Part shown: positions 12,191-24,347 of the stretch, one piece after another
Position numbering within the stretch: position 1 is the stretch's first letter
Layout of the letters: each line of letters starts with the position of its first letter
Origin: Raillietiella orientalis
Taxonomy: Eukaryota
Assembly: GCA_036172245.1 (NCBI GenBank)
Contig: JAYWIR010000007.1
Coordinates: 868,001-932,000, forward strand
Direction of reading: 5' to 3'
Length of the DNA stretch: 64,000 bases
The notes under the pieces: generated by a model
The model's input: only the letters and a program-made list of their open reading frames with translations
Databases searched by the model: none
What the model was told of the DNA's origin: nothing
Translations under genes and position numbers: made by a program

Positions 12191-12790
12191 TGCCACCCGG
12201 GTTCACCGGGACGTTTATTAAAAATTCTTCATCCGTCAGTACAGAATGTGGTACAAGGCCCCACTAACGGCCACGCAATACCGGACCTGCTGGGACACCG
12301 GGACGCAGACCGGTGTGAACTCTCCTCGGCAGTGGAAGGGGATGGGGGAGAAAACAAAAATAAAATAAAATTCAGAAAAAAAAAACAAAAAGAGTTTGGA
12401 GGGCCGGGAAGGGATCACATTCCACTACGGGGAGGGCCCATTCTTTGCAGGATGCCCTAGAGGTCTTTCTTCATTCTTCCCAGCTGGGGCCATCCTGTAG
12501 CTCTCTGCAGGAAGCGAACAGCATACTGGATGACGTCCGTCACGTTGCAATCTTCATCTTCGGCATCACTCCAGGCCGCCACAATTCCACGGATGCAGCA
12601 AAGTGCTGCCAAGGCTGCGGCTGGACTGAGGGCGTCCCGCACAAAGAGAAGACTGTAAACGTCTCTGGGATTGCCACCAACCGGTATCCCACGCGGCTTC
12701 GGCAAAGGCGTGGCCAACAGCAGAGCGTTTCTGTAGGCTTGCATATTCTCCCGATGCCCGGACGTCCAGCATCTTGCGCAGTGCAAGGCG
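12191..12790 (-). mobile_element. Tx1-like LINE 3' end
   Basis: CARC...RDVYSLLFVRDALSPAAALAALCCIRGIVAAW...GWPQLG followed by the complete structured 3' UTR. Confidence 0.88.
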
Positions 12791-12799
12791 AAGGCCGAG

Positions 12800-13745
12800 C
12801 GCCAGGTCTGGCAGTCTGGAGCGGCTTGTCTGCTCGACGACCAGGGTCCGGAATGCTCGACCGCGGCCGAAGTTCATCGCCTCTTGAAGAGTTAATACTC
12901 CTCGTTGTATGCAAGGTAGCCGACGAAACACAGTCTCTCCGAGCTGCTTCTGCCGGCCAATGCCCTTGCTGTCGACGAGGAGGAACGCGCGACTTTGGAT
13001 TTGCCCTTCACGGTGGAAGAAGTGTCTTCCGCAATAGCGGGCCTGAAGAAGCGAAAGGCGCCAGATGAGGATTGCCTGCCTGCGTAGTTCTTCCAGTGCT
13101 TGCGGCGGAACTCATCCCCCTGGTGCTCAGCCTTGCCACGCTGATGAGAGAGACGGGCAATGTCCCCGCCCCGTTTCACTAGCAAGGGTGCGTCTCCTGC
13201 CGAAAGGCGGAGACTTGCGCCAATTAAGCAACTGGCGTCCGATCACCTTGGTGATTTCGGACGTCAAGTTGTTCTCCAAGCTCTGGGTCGCGCGCCTAGG
13301 CAGGATCGGGGAATTCGTGGTAAGTCCGGAGCAGTCCTACGCCGTTCCCGGACGGTCCATGGAGGCGAACCTGTTCTTCGCGCGCACGTGGCTCGAGCTA
13401 CAGCGACGCGTCGCGCACCAAAGCCAGGCAGCCGCAACGACGGCTGCCACGGCGAGACGTGGCTGCATAGAGCCAGAGGGAACGCCGGGTGCCTCGGCGG
13501 TCGCGGTCGATCTCCACAGGGCGTTCCACTGTGTCAACCAGGAACTCCTCCTAGAGCTCTTGGAACGTCTCGGTCTCCCGGTGCACCTCGTGGCCTATTT
13601 GAGCGCATGCTGGCTCCACGCGCTCATCTCCATCTGTTTCAGCGGCTGCCACGTGTACGGAGTGCCGGTGAGGCGGGGCATCAGGCCGGGTGACAGTTTA
13701 AGCCCGTTGCTCTTCAGCATCTTTTTTGAGTTGGTGTTGAGGCGT
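12800..13745 (+). mobile_element. L1/Tx1-clade reverse transcriptase fragment (inactive)
   Basis: KAPDED, LLPKGGDLRQLSNWRPITL, EQSYAVPGRS, DLHRAFHCV, RRGIRPGDSLSPLLF. Frameshifted, and truncated before YADD. Confidence 0.92.
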
Positions 13746-15189
13746 TGTTTATTACGACATTCTTGTTACGTTTGTACCTTATATAAAGGTTAGCTTTATA
13801 ATATGATTATAAAGTTCAATTTTACAGAGGTTTCAAATGTCGTTGAATACACAGCTGTTGTTGGAGGAGCGTGAAAAGAGGGTTAGTGCATTAAAATAGC
13901 ACTTAGAGGGACGTTAGCACCTGAATAGCTTCTGCTGTTGGAGATGCGGAAGAGCCGTCCAAACGGATGTCATCTGCTGGTGGACCTACACTGTGATGGG
14001 GAAGGACTGCTGTTTGTATTTGGGATATAGGGCATAGCTGTCCTTGTGTTTGGTACATATTCTCATGGCGAAGGTTTCTTTCGAGGTTTTCTGCTGAATA
14101 CGAAGATGGGTTGGGAGTTGAGATATGGTTGATGTATATGTCCCGGGAAAATTTTATAATTTCCGTACATAGATGCCTAGAGATCGCGGCAATTGTTCTT
14201 TGAGGGATTGAGAGCAATTTTAGGAGCTTATCATTTTCGGGATCCCATGAGCCGAGCTCACCAATTACAAATGCTTGGTTGCTGGTGCGCAAGCCTTGAT
14301 TCTTGAGGGCGGTCTCGATCTGTGCGTACTTCAGGATTTTGGTTTCTCTTGCACGCTGTAGAGATGATACACGATTTTCAGATGAGATCACAACGTCAAT
14401 GATGACAGCTGTGGACGCATTCTGTAAAAATATGTCGGGGCGAAGAGTGGAGTTTAACACGTCTACTCGGCGATCCTTCTGGTCAGCGGACCATCGAGGG
14501 GAGAGGATCTTGAACAAGGTGTCGACAACAACGTTATGTCGTTGGGTGATCATTGTTCCGAGATAAACTGGACAGTGACGCAGGACATGCGCCAAGGTTT
14601 CTTTTACGTAACCACATCTTCGGCATTGCTGAATTTCACTAGGCGTTTTCCGATTTCCGTTGAGGGAGAAGCAGTTCAAACGGGCACGGTGTATAAAACG
14701 CCGGTCTGCGAAGCGGAATCCATCACTTGGAGGCAGGAATGACATGGGGGCTTCGTGGAGGGCTGCACATTCTATTATCCCACCTTGGTCTGGCTTGGCT
14801 AGAATTGATAGGCGTTTTTGCTCTCTAAAGAGAGCACGCATCGTTCGTGCTACTTGTCGCCGCTGCGGAAAGGAGAGGATTTTGGGGTTTCCATGTTCGG
14901 GGAAGGATAAAGAGAGCGTAGCAGAATTCCACGTTATGGAAAGGTGCTTCGTAGCTTCCCGTAATGTGGACCACATCGTGCGGGGATCACCACTTGGGCG
15001 GTCTAAGGGGGACGAACAGCATCCATTGAGGAACCTAGTGAACAGAAGCAGGTTTGGCGGCACGTGAGCCTTCCTACGTACGGCGTCGGAAAGGGAGGAG
15101 GAGGGATCAGTCACATGGGAATGAGGACACGTTAGTAGCTTGAACGCAGAGTCAGCAATCATTGCTCGTGCTTCTTCGACAAGAAGCAT
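13746..15189 (-). mobile_element. RLE-type non-LTR retrotransposon 3' half (Utopia/NeSL-like)
   Basis: 428-aa open frame: DSAFKLLT, KPDQG, RFADRRFIHRARLN, CRRCGYVKETLAHVLRHC, RHN, LRPDI...IDV...K..KY, GELGSWDPEN, SRDIY. AATAAA near 13748-13753 on the minus strand. Confidence 0.9.
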
Positions 15190-15763
15190 TATGCATGTAG
15201 TGGCATGTAATTTGGTAGTGATTATTAATGGGGAAGAGGTTTAATATGGGTTGGATAGGGTGGGGTTACGAGATGGTTTGTTTATTGGGTGATTTATAGA
15301 AAAATTTTCAATGTTTATGTAGTATTAATTGAATTGTTAGGGAATGGGTTGATTTAACGAGCAATGGGATGTGAGTGGAATATAGTGTAAAGGGAATGTT
15401 AACGGATTAGAAAAATTTTGTTATAGTAATGTTTAGTTATGGATTTATTTGCAGAGTAAGTTTGATAGTTATATATTTTACTTTAATGTGTATTGGAGGA
15501 TGTGATTGGGTAAAGTCATCCATCACGAATACTTCCGTATAGGTATTCGAAACTGCCTCTCCATGCGTGCAAGTTTTTCGCTCTGGTCCTGCGTAGAGGC
15601 GTCCCATGCGAAGCTCGCCTTCACCGCTGGACCCGGAACAGGGTGGATCCAACTGCGCCAGGAACACCTCGTGAAACCAGGAAAGGAATCCGGAGAAAGG
15701 AGTCCGTAACTCTCACGCCTGGGAGGAATTTCCGAAGGCAACCCTCGTCCTGTCTGTTTCCTA

Positions 15764-16570
15764 TTTCCACCCGGGCACGCCGGAGCGTTCATTGAAATTT
15801 AAGGTTAACTCGCAACTTGTGGAGGAGTACGTGTTCCTGCCACACCCCGTTTGTCCACGGACCTGCCGGATCGCCGGTGCGCAGACCGACGGGGCTTCCC
15901 TCGGCAGCGGAGGGGGAGGAGAGGAAACAAAAGGAAAAAGAAAGAGTGAATACAAATAAATAAAAACCTCTGGAAAAGATCATTGCCCATTGAAAAGAGC
16001 CCTCTGCATCCTTTCCAGCATACCGGCTAAATCCGTCCGAATAGGAGGTCCAGGTGTGGTCATCTGGGCGCTATCTGAAGAAAATCAACTGCACGAAATC
16101 CCTTTCGTTCCTTCCTCCGTCAGCTTCGCTCCAGGCCGCCTCAATCCAGGGGATGCAGCAAAGCGCTGCTAGGGCTGCGGCTGGCTGCAGGGCGTCTTGC
16201 ACGAAGAGGGGCTGCAAAACGTCCCTGGGAGTGCCGACCGGGATCGGGAGGGTCGATTCGAAACGTTCCCTTAGGGCCGGAAGGCAACACAGTCCACAAG
16301 CAGGTGCAGGAGGGGGATTCCCATTCGCCATACCTGAGACAGTCCGGGCTCGTCGTCCTCAGCGTCCGGCGGTGTTGGCGAGCAGTGGAAGTGGTTGCCG
16401 AGTCACAGGCAGTTCCATCTCTCGCTTCCCATCTCGTGGATCTCCGCCCACGCACTGTTTCCTCCAGCCAGGCGCTCGAGTTGGCGGGTCAGCAGGCCAT
16501 CCAGCCGTTCTCCTTCGTCCAGGTAGCCATGCGTCCGAGAAGACCTCATCTTCTCACCTTTCGTCCGGAG
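15764..16570 (-). mobile_element. Tx1-like LINE 3' end
   Basis: RDVLQPLFVQDALQPAAALAALCCIPWIEAAW plus the structured UTR. Terminus AATGAACGCTCCGG-CGTGC-CCGGGTGGAAA. Confidence 0.85.
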
Positions 16571-16739
16571 CACGAAAGGTAGGAGGAGAGCTCTTTCATA
16601 CGGGATACTGGCTGGCTGGTTGTCTCCGAAGGGAACCTCTTCCTTATTCTCTCCGGAGGGAACCCCCGGAGTGGACCGCTGCATAGGAATGTCGCAAGAC
16701 GCCTCTTCGTGCGTGATGCGCTTACACCAGTCGCGCGCG

Positions 16740-17163
16740 CGTGTCAGCTCTACGCGGGGCGACGGTAGGCTGGCAAGTCACATGGAAGAAAAGAAAATGG
16801 AAGGGGCCGCCATCCACTGCGCAAAAATCCTCGTGAGGATCGCCGCAAGATGTCCCAGCCTGGGAGACAAACGCACTGAACTTGCTAGCATCCCGAACGG
16901 GGCAGTGGGCAGAGACCCTTCCCCAGTCTTCCTTTCCCTCCCTCTTTCGAAAAAACTCTCCCGTCCTTTTTGGTTTATGCTTTGGTTCATCCCTTTCCCT
17001 TCGCTGCTGATGCCGACCTCGCCGGTCCGCGCAGGGGAAACTTGATAGGTCCCATTTTTTTTTCCCCTCCCTTTTTTAGGGTATGGTGGGACGGAAGTTC
17101 TGACACTAGAAAAATGCAGATGTATTATCCTTATAATGAATGCCTCCGCAGACCCGGGAGAAA
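16740..17163 (+). mobile_element. Degenerate Tx1-like LINE 3' end
   Basis: AAIHCAKILVRIAARCPSLG..ELASI matches the family C-terminus. Terminus AATGAATGCCTCCGCAGACCCGGGAGAAA. Confidence 0.7.
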
Positions 17164-17740
17164 GACGTCTTGGCACGCTCACTTCCGGGTGTCTCCCTGT
17201 GCCTTCCCGCTTGCTGGAGGCTTTGGTCGGGAGCTCAGCTTCCCTCCATGAAGGGGACCGAAAGGCAACAGACGGGAGAGAAACGGTGAGCAGTTGCAGA
17301 GAATGGAGGAACCGGTCATCCGAGGCGCCTCGTCTGCATCCTGCGGGCGGTGCGAAAGGCGCCTCCTCCTCCGCTCGTCCCTTGGGAACAGAGCGATTCG
17401 TCAAACCCCTCACCGCTCAGGGAGCGAGGCTAACCACGCGCGGTCTTTCGCCGCGCCTCCTGTGCGTACCGAGAAGCCGTGGTCTTCCTGCCGCGATGCG
17501 GGGCTGTGGTCACGGACGGCAGCCGAAGGTCAGTCATGGGTAACACCGCGGTTCAGAAGATCCGCCGGGGTGTCTTCAGGACAGAGCGGCGAGGTGTTTC
17601 CGGATGCCCCGGAGGGCACTGAGAAACGGATGCGGGCGAGGGGTTGTTTCTGCATTTCCGCACTGGGAGGCGAACCTTTCCTTTCTCTTCCCCCCGGTAG
17701 TGTCGGCGCTGAAAAGTCTCGGTGCACGGAGGGAACTCAC

Positions 17741-17836
17741 CGTCAGCAGGCGGAGTGGTTTCCGATGTGACGGCACGGAAGACACGTTTGGATGGGTGCC
17801 GCGTTGGCGCCCGCGGGTTCAAATCCCACCTGGCGA
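17741..17836 (+). pseudogene. tRNA-like sequence (pseudo-tRNA or SINE head)
   Basis: A-box AGGCGGAGTGG, B-box GGGTTCAAATCCC and pairing ends CGTCAG/CTGGCG. The anticodon arm is not canonical. Confidence 0.45.
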
Positions 17837-17857
17837 AGGATCGGCGCCGAGAATGGG

Positions 17858-19700
17858 TTTAACACCCAAACACTCCGGGACGTTTATTTATTAAAAATAA
17901 AACTTGGACGTCAGTGGCAACATGCGTGATGCTGCCACGTCACAAAATATACAGAAAGAACCTGCCTAGAACCGTCGCGCAGGCCAGCGAGGTTCGCCAC
18001 GGCAGCATAGAGTAACGGGAGACAAACAAAAAGAAAAATAAAACAAAAAAATACCAAAAATTAAGGGTGAGATGGAGGTTCGGTAAGCGATCACCGCGTG
18101 CTGGCGGGTGTCCTCGGCATCTTTGTGAGGATGTCGGCAGGTTCCCATTTCAAGAGTCCCAGGTGGGGCCATCTTGACGCTGTCTTCACGAAGAGGATAG
18201 CAGAATAGATGGCGTCCCTGTCGTCCTGGGCTCCTCTGGCGTAGCTCCATGCAGCCACGATGCAGCCGCGTAGGCAGCAAAGTGCTGCTAAGGATGCGGC
18301 CGGCGTGAGGGCGTCACGACAGAATAGGCGCGTCAAAACGTCTCTGGGGTTGCCCTCGGGGATCCACAGGGACGCGAGGAAGCGTTCCCACATGGAGCAG
18401 AGGGCAACACAGCACACTAGGAGGTGCGGGAAGGACTCTCTCTCGCCGCACCTGCCGCAGTTCGGGTTTACACTCCCCTGCATCCTGCAAAGGATGGTCC
18501 CCTCCTCCAGCGGACTGTGATCCCTTCCCGGCCCTCCGAAGTGGTTCTTTTTTTCTTTTCTTCTTATTTTTATTTTTGTTCTCTCCCCATTCCCCTCCGC
18601 TGCCGAGGAGAGTCGCGCCGGTCTGCGCGCCGCCGACTTGGCAGACCCTGTGGTTTCCCACCCGGGTGCGCCGGGGCGTTTATTTCTAAACTATCGGGGA
18701 ACTCTGTTCCCGTACAAAGAACACAGAAAAACGAAGGGAGGGCTCCCTGACACGCAGGTCGGTGAATGCGAAAGTCCGGAACGGGAGGGAGGGGACCACA
18801 AATACAATAAAAAAATATAAATAAAAATATGGGGGCAGGCCCTATTGTATTGGCCGTCGCGGGGCCTAGTGCCGCTTACATATAGAGTTTTTAATAAACG
18901 CCCCGGCTGACCGGGTGACACACATTCTCCTGGGTCCAATGGTGTCGGCGGGCGTTGTACGGGAGGTCCCAGTGCAACAGCAGGGTCGCCGATTCCTTCC
19001 TCTTTAAGGGGAGGGTAACACTGTTACAACACGCTAGGTACCACTATACCTCCTCCCGAGGAATTTGTAGTAACTCTCTTCAGCGTAGTAAGTCCTTTTG
19101 GTGGGACACTCGGGGTCGCGGCATCCGCGAGCTCCTGAGTTGTCCACGCATTTAGATGTTTTTTCCAGCTCTCTATCACGGAGGTCACTTCCTACCTCTC
19201 TGGCAGTTGGCTGTCCATTGCTTCCCTTAAGGAGGGCAGCACAAGGGCCAGAGGAGTGAACCAAACCCACAGCAGATTCCTGGTGTTCCCCAGGAACTCC
19301 CTCAGAGGCTGACGAGCGTATCTGCTGTTCCGTAGGCAAATGCACTCGGCCTCGCCCGTGCCGTTGATTTTCCCCCATGCGAAAACGGGACTCTTGCAGC
19401 TAGACCGTCCAGATAGAGGGGAGGGTGGAGATCCAGGGGTTCTTCTGCACAAAGGCAATCACGTGTCGGACTGCGGACAGAGAGGATCCAGGCTCTGCTC
19501 GGTGGCCGCGACAACCAAGGTCAGTCCTTCGCAGCCGGTTGTCTGTTTGGCGAGAATTCTTGTCGGAGCGCAAAAAGGTGCAGTTCAGAGCTTCGCCACG
19601 AGAGTCAAAGTTCTTTATTGGAGCTTCCACTCCAAGAGCACCAGCGTCAGGAGGCACAGGCCACCATCCCTACGCGGAACACAGAGGTCTTTTAAACGGA
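17858..19700 (-). mobile_element. 5'-truncated Tx1-like LINE hosting two nested 3'-end insertions
   Basis: ORF 18091-18483 (CGRCGERESFPHLLVCC...RWPHLG) resumes at 18922 with LLHWDLPYNARRHHWTQ. Confidence 0.88.
18481..18921 (+). mobile_element. Nested Tx1-like 3'-UTR insertion with ~11-bp TSD; itself contains a minus-strand 3'-UTR copy at ~18653-18833
   Basis: Outer TSD ACACTCCCCTG (18470-18480) / ACATTCTCCTG (18922-18932). Inner TSD GGCAGACCCTGT (18640-18651) / GGCAGGCCCTAT (18834-18845). Confidence 0.82.
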
Positions 19701-20369
19701 CTCTTCACCTCCCCAGTTGCCGGTGTTGCGAAGGTCTCCTCCCTTCGGATAGCCACGCACTCCTGCGGATCGGCACGAGTCGGGAACATTCCCTTGTTTG
19801 CAGATCAGGGTGCGCAATCGGTGCACCAGGGGGACGAGTTCTGCCGCAAAGCACCGGCAAAACTCCGCGGGCAGGCCGTCCCCGACTGGTGCCTCCGCGG
19901 AAGAGTCGATGCCGAAAATTTGTGGGTGCGTCGGAGGGAGGGAGGGGGGAGGTTCGATTCGTTCCCCCCTCAGAATGACGCTGGTTGGCCTGTAGGCTTC
20001 GCGTATAGCACTGACGGAAGTCCCTGTTGACTGGCCGGAACACACCGGGGTCGTTCCAGGAGTCACGGAGTACCGACTTCCTACGAGGTTTCCCTCCGGT
20101 TGTGAAAATGGAACCGTGCCATGGAACTCGTTGATACCATCCTCGGTGGGTTGTCTCCTCCAGAGTGTCAGAAGCACGCTGCATCCTTCGGGGAGCACCC
20201 TTCAGGGAAATTGGGAAGCGTCCCTTAAAGAGACATGAGGAATGGCTTACCGGGAGGGGTCTCCGAATACAAGCGGGGTGAGGGTCCTCTTCTAAGCATG
20301 ATAGGGACGGACTCCTTCCTCCGGAGCCTTCCTGGATTCATGAGTCCGGGATACCTCTATGAATTGAAG

Positions 20370-22050
20370 TTACTCGTACCGTCGACTTGCATGGACAGTG
20401 GTCAATGTTGAGACTTGTGCGCCGTTCCGTCCTACAGCTAAATTCCTGACCTCATCTGGTTTCTCTGGCCTCTGTCCCCACCTCCTTTCAAACCCCCGCT
20501 GTTTTCCTTCTGGTTTCCTTTCAGGAAAAAGAGAAGCGCTCCCAGAAAGTTTATTTTTTCTGGTGGAAAAGGAGCTGGCAAAAAGGGCATTTCCCGGGTT
20601 GCTGCCTTCTGGAAGGCGGGCTTTACTGGTCCGTAGGTCCGCTGCGCACCGTGCCCTGCACAAAGGAAGGCGAGCGTGATCGCGAGCCACGAGGACGTGT
20701 CTGTGGCGACGAATAGTGTCCCGCTCCCCGGTTCATCTCGATAAGAGAGAGCAAAGAGTTGCAGGGGATCGCGCCGAGAATTCCCGGCGCTGAGAATCGA
20801 AGGGAGCTGAGATTCACCGGTGGGGACCTTGCAGAGGACAACCTCGAAGGCAAGTTCCGGACGTGCTCTCGTAACTGCCCTCGGCGTTTCGTTTCACCGA
20901 AATTTCGCCCGGTTTTGCGCGCACGAAAAAGATGAAGTCTCCTTCTCGAGGGAGAGGAAACTGAAACCTGGATCAACTTCTCCGCCGCATCGGATGAGCA
21001 ACAAGAGACCTGAGATAGTTTCTGAGTCCAAATGCTGAACGTAAGCGGACACCGATTGCCGGAAGAAAGGATTTGATCTTTTCCTCCTGTAATGCCTACA
21101 CGCATACGGATTGACGAAGCAGAAACGGCAAGCTCCCAAACGTGCGCTTGGGGGACCTTGAGAAAGGGCGGCGAAGAGATCTCCCAGTCCAAGAGCGCTC
21201 CTCTTTGCCGTGGCAAAGGAGCGCCTCGTCGGCGAGGGTGTTGAGGATGCGTGAGGATGCGTGGCCGGTTCCATCACAAGTGATGAGGAAGCGGCGAAGG
21301 ACGGCGCGGGAAGAGGACCTGTCCATCGTTCCGCCTCCGAAGCCTCTGAGGTGACTCGGGGATTCCCCAGCTCACGTGGCCCCAACGGCGTCTCCAGGCT
21401 GAAACCCCCTTCTATCCCTCTTCTCGCCCTCCTTCCGACCATACCTACCGGGAAAGGAAAGGAACTGCGCTCGTGGATACTAGGGCGTGGTTGCAGCCAC
21501 CTTTTCCGCAGCACCTGCAGCCGCGCCTCTGCGATTCGTAAGCTCGATGCAACACCGAGAAAATGTCGCAATATTCGTGCATCGACTCCCGGTTATCGCC
21601 TTCCAAGTGGTTGATAGGGAGCGCTGATTAGCGTGTCCGCGAGAGATTCCCCTCCTTGAAAAGAGAGACCGGTTTTCACGATCTGCAACCATTTGGTTTC
21701 CTGGGAGCTCGACCTTCCCCCCCTTCCCCTGTGCATGCAAATTGTACAACACCAAGCCGGTTCGGAGGACTCGGGTTGTTTGGTACTTCCTGCATCGACG
21801 ACCTCAGATCATGATTGCGACGGACGAGGGACTCGGCACTTTCCATTTTCATGAGGAATGTGCAAGAGTGATGTGGCCAACTGTTTTTTTCCTGCCCTCG
21901 AGACCTTTTTAAAATAAAAAAATTGAAATAGAAATGGCGATCTTGCCGACCCGGTAAAAATGCTTGATTTTCCTCACCAACGGACCCAGCAGCCTCCCTT
22001 TTCAGTTGCGTGCAAACCTCAGAGTGTTCCGATGAAAAGCGCACAGCGCA
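20370..22050 (-). mobile_element. Decayed L1/Tx1-like RT region
   Basis: LKREAAGSVGEENQAFLPGRQ (RT QxxFxPGR motif) and downstream thumb-like pieces, with many frameshifts. Confidence 0.55.
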
Positions 22051-23081
22051 TGTACACGCAGCATTTGTACTCCAAGACCAGCTAGTAATACATTTTATTA
22101 TCCAGAAAAAAGAAAAAAGAGAAAAAAAGGGAGGGAGGGGGGATCATTCGAAAATTTCGGAGAATGAAATGCGAGCTGAACGTTGGTAACACTTGCTCCG
22201 AATATTGATTATTCACGGGTACTTTTAGGCTTACTATTACTGTCCACGTGCCAGGAAGTGTGAAGTTTCCCTCCGGTCCGTGTTCCTTCGATTCGCATGA
22301 ATACCTGTGAACGTCATCAATATTCCGATTTGAGTAATAGTTCCCTGCGAGTGTTAACTACGTAGGTGGTGAAGCATTGGGGTGCTGAGATTTAAGGGGA
22401 CCCGCTTACGGAAGCTCACCTCGTGCATCAGGTTCGAAAGAGCATCTACCTCCAGCAAGAGCAGGGGGGAGGGGAAAGGGGGGAGGGGAAACCAAAAGGG
22501 AGAAAGAAAAAAAAAAAACCATTAGAGGGTAATCGGGAAATCATATCATTCGAGAGGACCGACTGTGACCCGTGAAGCAGATAAAGTAAACAGGTGAATC
22601 GTGCGGTTTTCGAGTGTTTAATCACTTGAGACACTTCTCTTAACGCGGCTCAGCATGAGCCCACCTCTGATCTCCACAGCAGGTGCATCTCGCCGCAAAG
22701 TGCAAACATCCGAAGGATGTAGCGGCAGCAACAAATAGTGAGTTCGAAGTTTGCATGGAAACGTTTCTCTCTTACAAGTTCGGGACAATAAGTGATGACG
22801 GATGGGATCTCGCTCACCCGACGGTGAAAAGGATTGATATGTGAAAGTGCAATCGGATTTTATAAAAAAAAATTCCAGGTGTGAAACAATTTCCCCCACC
22901 CTTCCCTCTTCTTCACCCCCCCCCCTCCGCTTACGCACCTACCCACCCCCTTCCCGAATATGATGCGGCGAGCACACGTCATGCGAGGAATCTTCAGAAA
23001 TGGCAGCCGCATTTTTTTTTTTTTTTTTTTCCATATAAAAGGTGAAGGGTTAGTAGCGGCAGAAATTTGTGGATTCGCAGG

Positions 23082-24347
23082 ATGGCGAGCGTGAGGAAGA
23101 GCATGAAAAAGTTGCTTTCTTTGAAGACGAGTGCCCGGAAATACAGGCTGGACCACCCGTCGGAAGGATCCGCGGATCCGAAGCGTTCGCGATCTTGGAA
23201 TCCCTTCGAGGCGGGATGCCAGGAACGCAGCCAAGAGAGCGCTCACAGCCCCTCAAGCCAAGACCCGCGGACGGACTGCGGCCCATTCAGCGTGGCGGGC
23301 GGCCGCGCCGCCCCCCCTCTCAGCACCACGGGAAACCTGGAATGCGCGATCAAAGCCGATCCCAAAGGCGGGACTCGAACGGACGTGAGGGAGAAAGGTG
23401 AGCAGCCACCACCTTCCACCTCCCATCTGGGGATTCTGATCACGCTGTTCGCCGCGCTGTCGTACTCGTTCTACTCCGTGTCCGTGAAAAAACTGGTCCA
23501 CTTTTCCCCGCTGGCGCTGGGATTCTACCGTGGACTGCTGTGCTTCGTCCCGGCGGGAGCAGTGGCCATTTGCAGGAAGCAAGACCTGTTTCCAAAAGAA
23601 TTCAGGAAGCACCTGATCGCCAGGAGCGTTCTGGGACTTCTGGGTTTGGTCTGCGGCTTGATCGCCCTTCAGATCCTCCCTCTGGAAGAGTCGAGCGTGA
23701 TCCGCTACTCGTACCCCGTGTTCACTGTCATCATAGCTCGGATCGTGTTGAAAGAGTCCTTTGGTGTTGTGAACGTCGTCGTGGTGATTTTAGGCATGGG
23801 AGGCGTGATCTTGGCCGCCAAGCCTCCTTTACTGTTTGGTAATTATCAGAGCAGCTTATCCACAGGCGATCATGTGAAAGGAATTCTCTGCAGCTTGGGG
23901 GATTCCCTCACCTATGGTATCGTCATTGTGATACTTAGACATCTGAAAGCGCTGGACCCATCGGTCGTCATGTTGGCGTACGACTTCACGAACGCCTTTG
24001 TGCTGGGCATCGCATCTCTCTCGATGAAGGTTTGGAAGATGCCTCAAGACTTGTTCGAACTGGGGTGGATCGTGCTGATGGGCGTCGGATCGTTCGGCGG
24101 CCAGTTCTGCTCCTCGCTTGCATGCCGCTACGAAGAATCATCCATCGTTGCCATAACGCAAACGAGCGACATTGTTTTCACGTACATATGGAGCATCCTC
24201 ATTTTCCGGGAAACCTTCAGTTATATAAGTGCCCTCGGGGGAGCACTGATTCTTTTAGCAGTGGTTCTGCTGAACATAAAAAAGTGGCTGCAAGCAAGGT
24301 CCGCTTCGTCTAAAATGAACCCGTTACTTAAGTGGATGATTACTTAA
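23082..24347 (+). CDS. SLC35G1: Solute carrier family 35 member G-like (EamA/DMT transporter), single coding exon
   Basis: Intact 421-aa ORF from ATG 23082 with about 10 hydrophobic segments in two EamA repeats (LIARSVLG, YSYPVFTVIIARIVLKE, AKPPLLFG, GQFC, TSDIVF). AATAAA at 24404. The start codon and exact paralogue are uncertain. Confidence 0.9.
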   Translation: MASVRKSMKKLLSLKTSARKYRLDHPSEGSADPKRSRSWNPFEAGCQERSQESAHSPSSQDPRTDCGPFSVAGGRAAPPLSTTGNLECAIKADPKGGTRTDVREKGEQPPPSTSHLGILITLFAALSYSFYSVSVKKLVHFSPLALGFYRGLLCFVPAGAVAICRKQDLFPKEFRKHLIARSVLGLLGLVCGLIALQILPLEESSVIRYSYPVFTVIIARIVLKESFGVVNVVVVILGMGGVILAAKPPLLFGNYQSSLSTGDHVKGILCSLGDSLTYGIVIVILRHLKALDPSVVMLAYDFTNAFVLGIASLSMKVWKMPQDLFELGWIVLMGVGSFGGQFCSSLACRYEESSIVAITQTSDIVFTYIWSILIFRETFSYISALGGALILLAVVLLNIKKWLQARSASSKMNPLLKWMIT

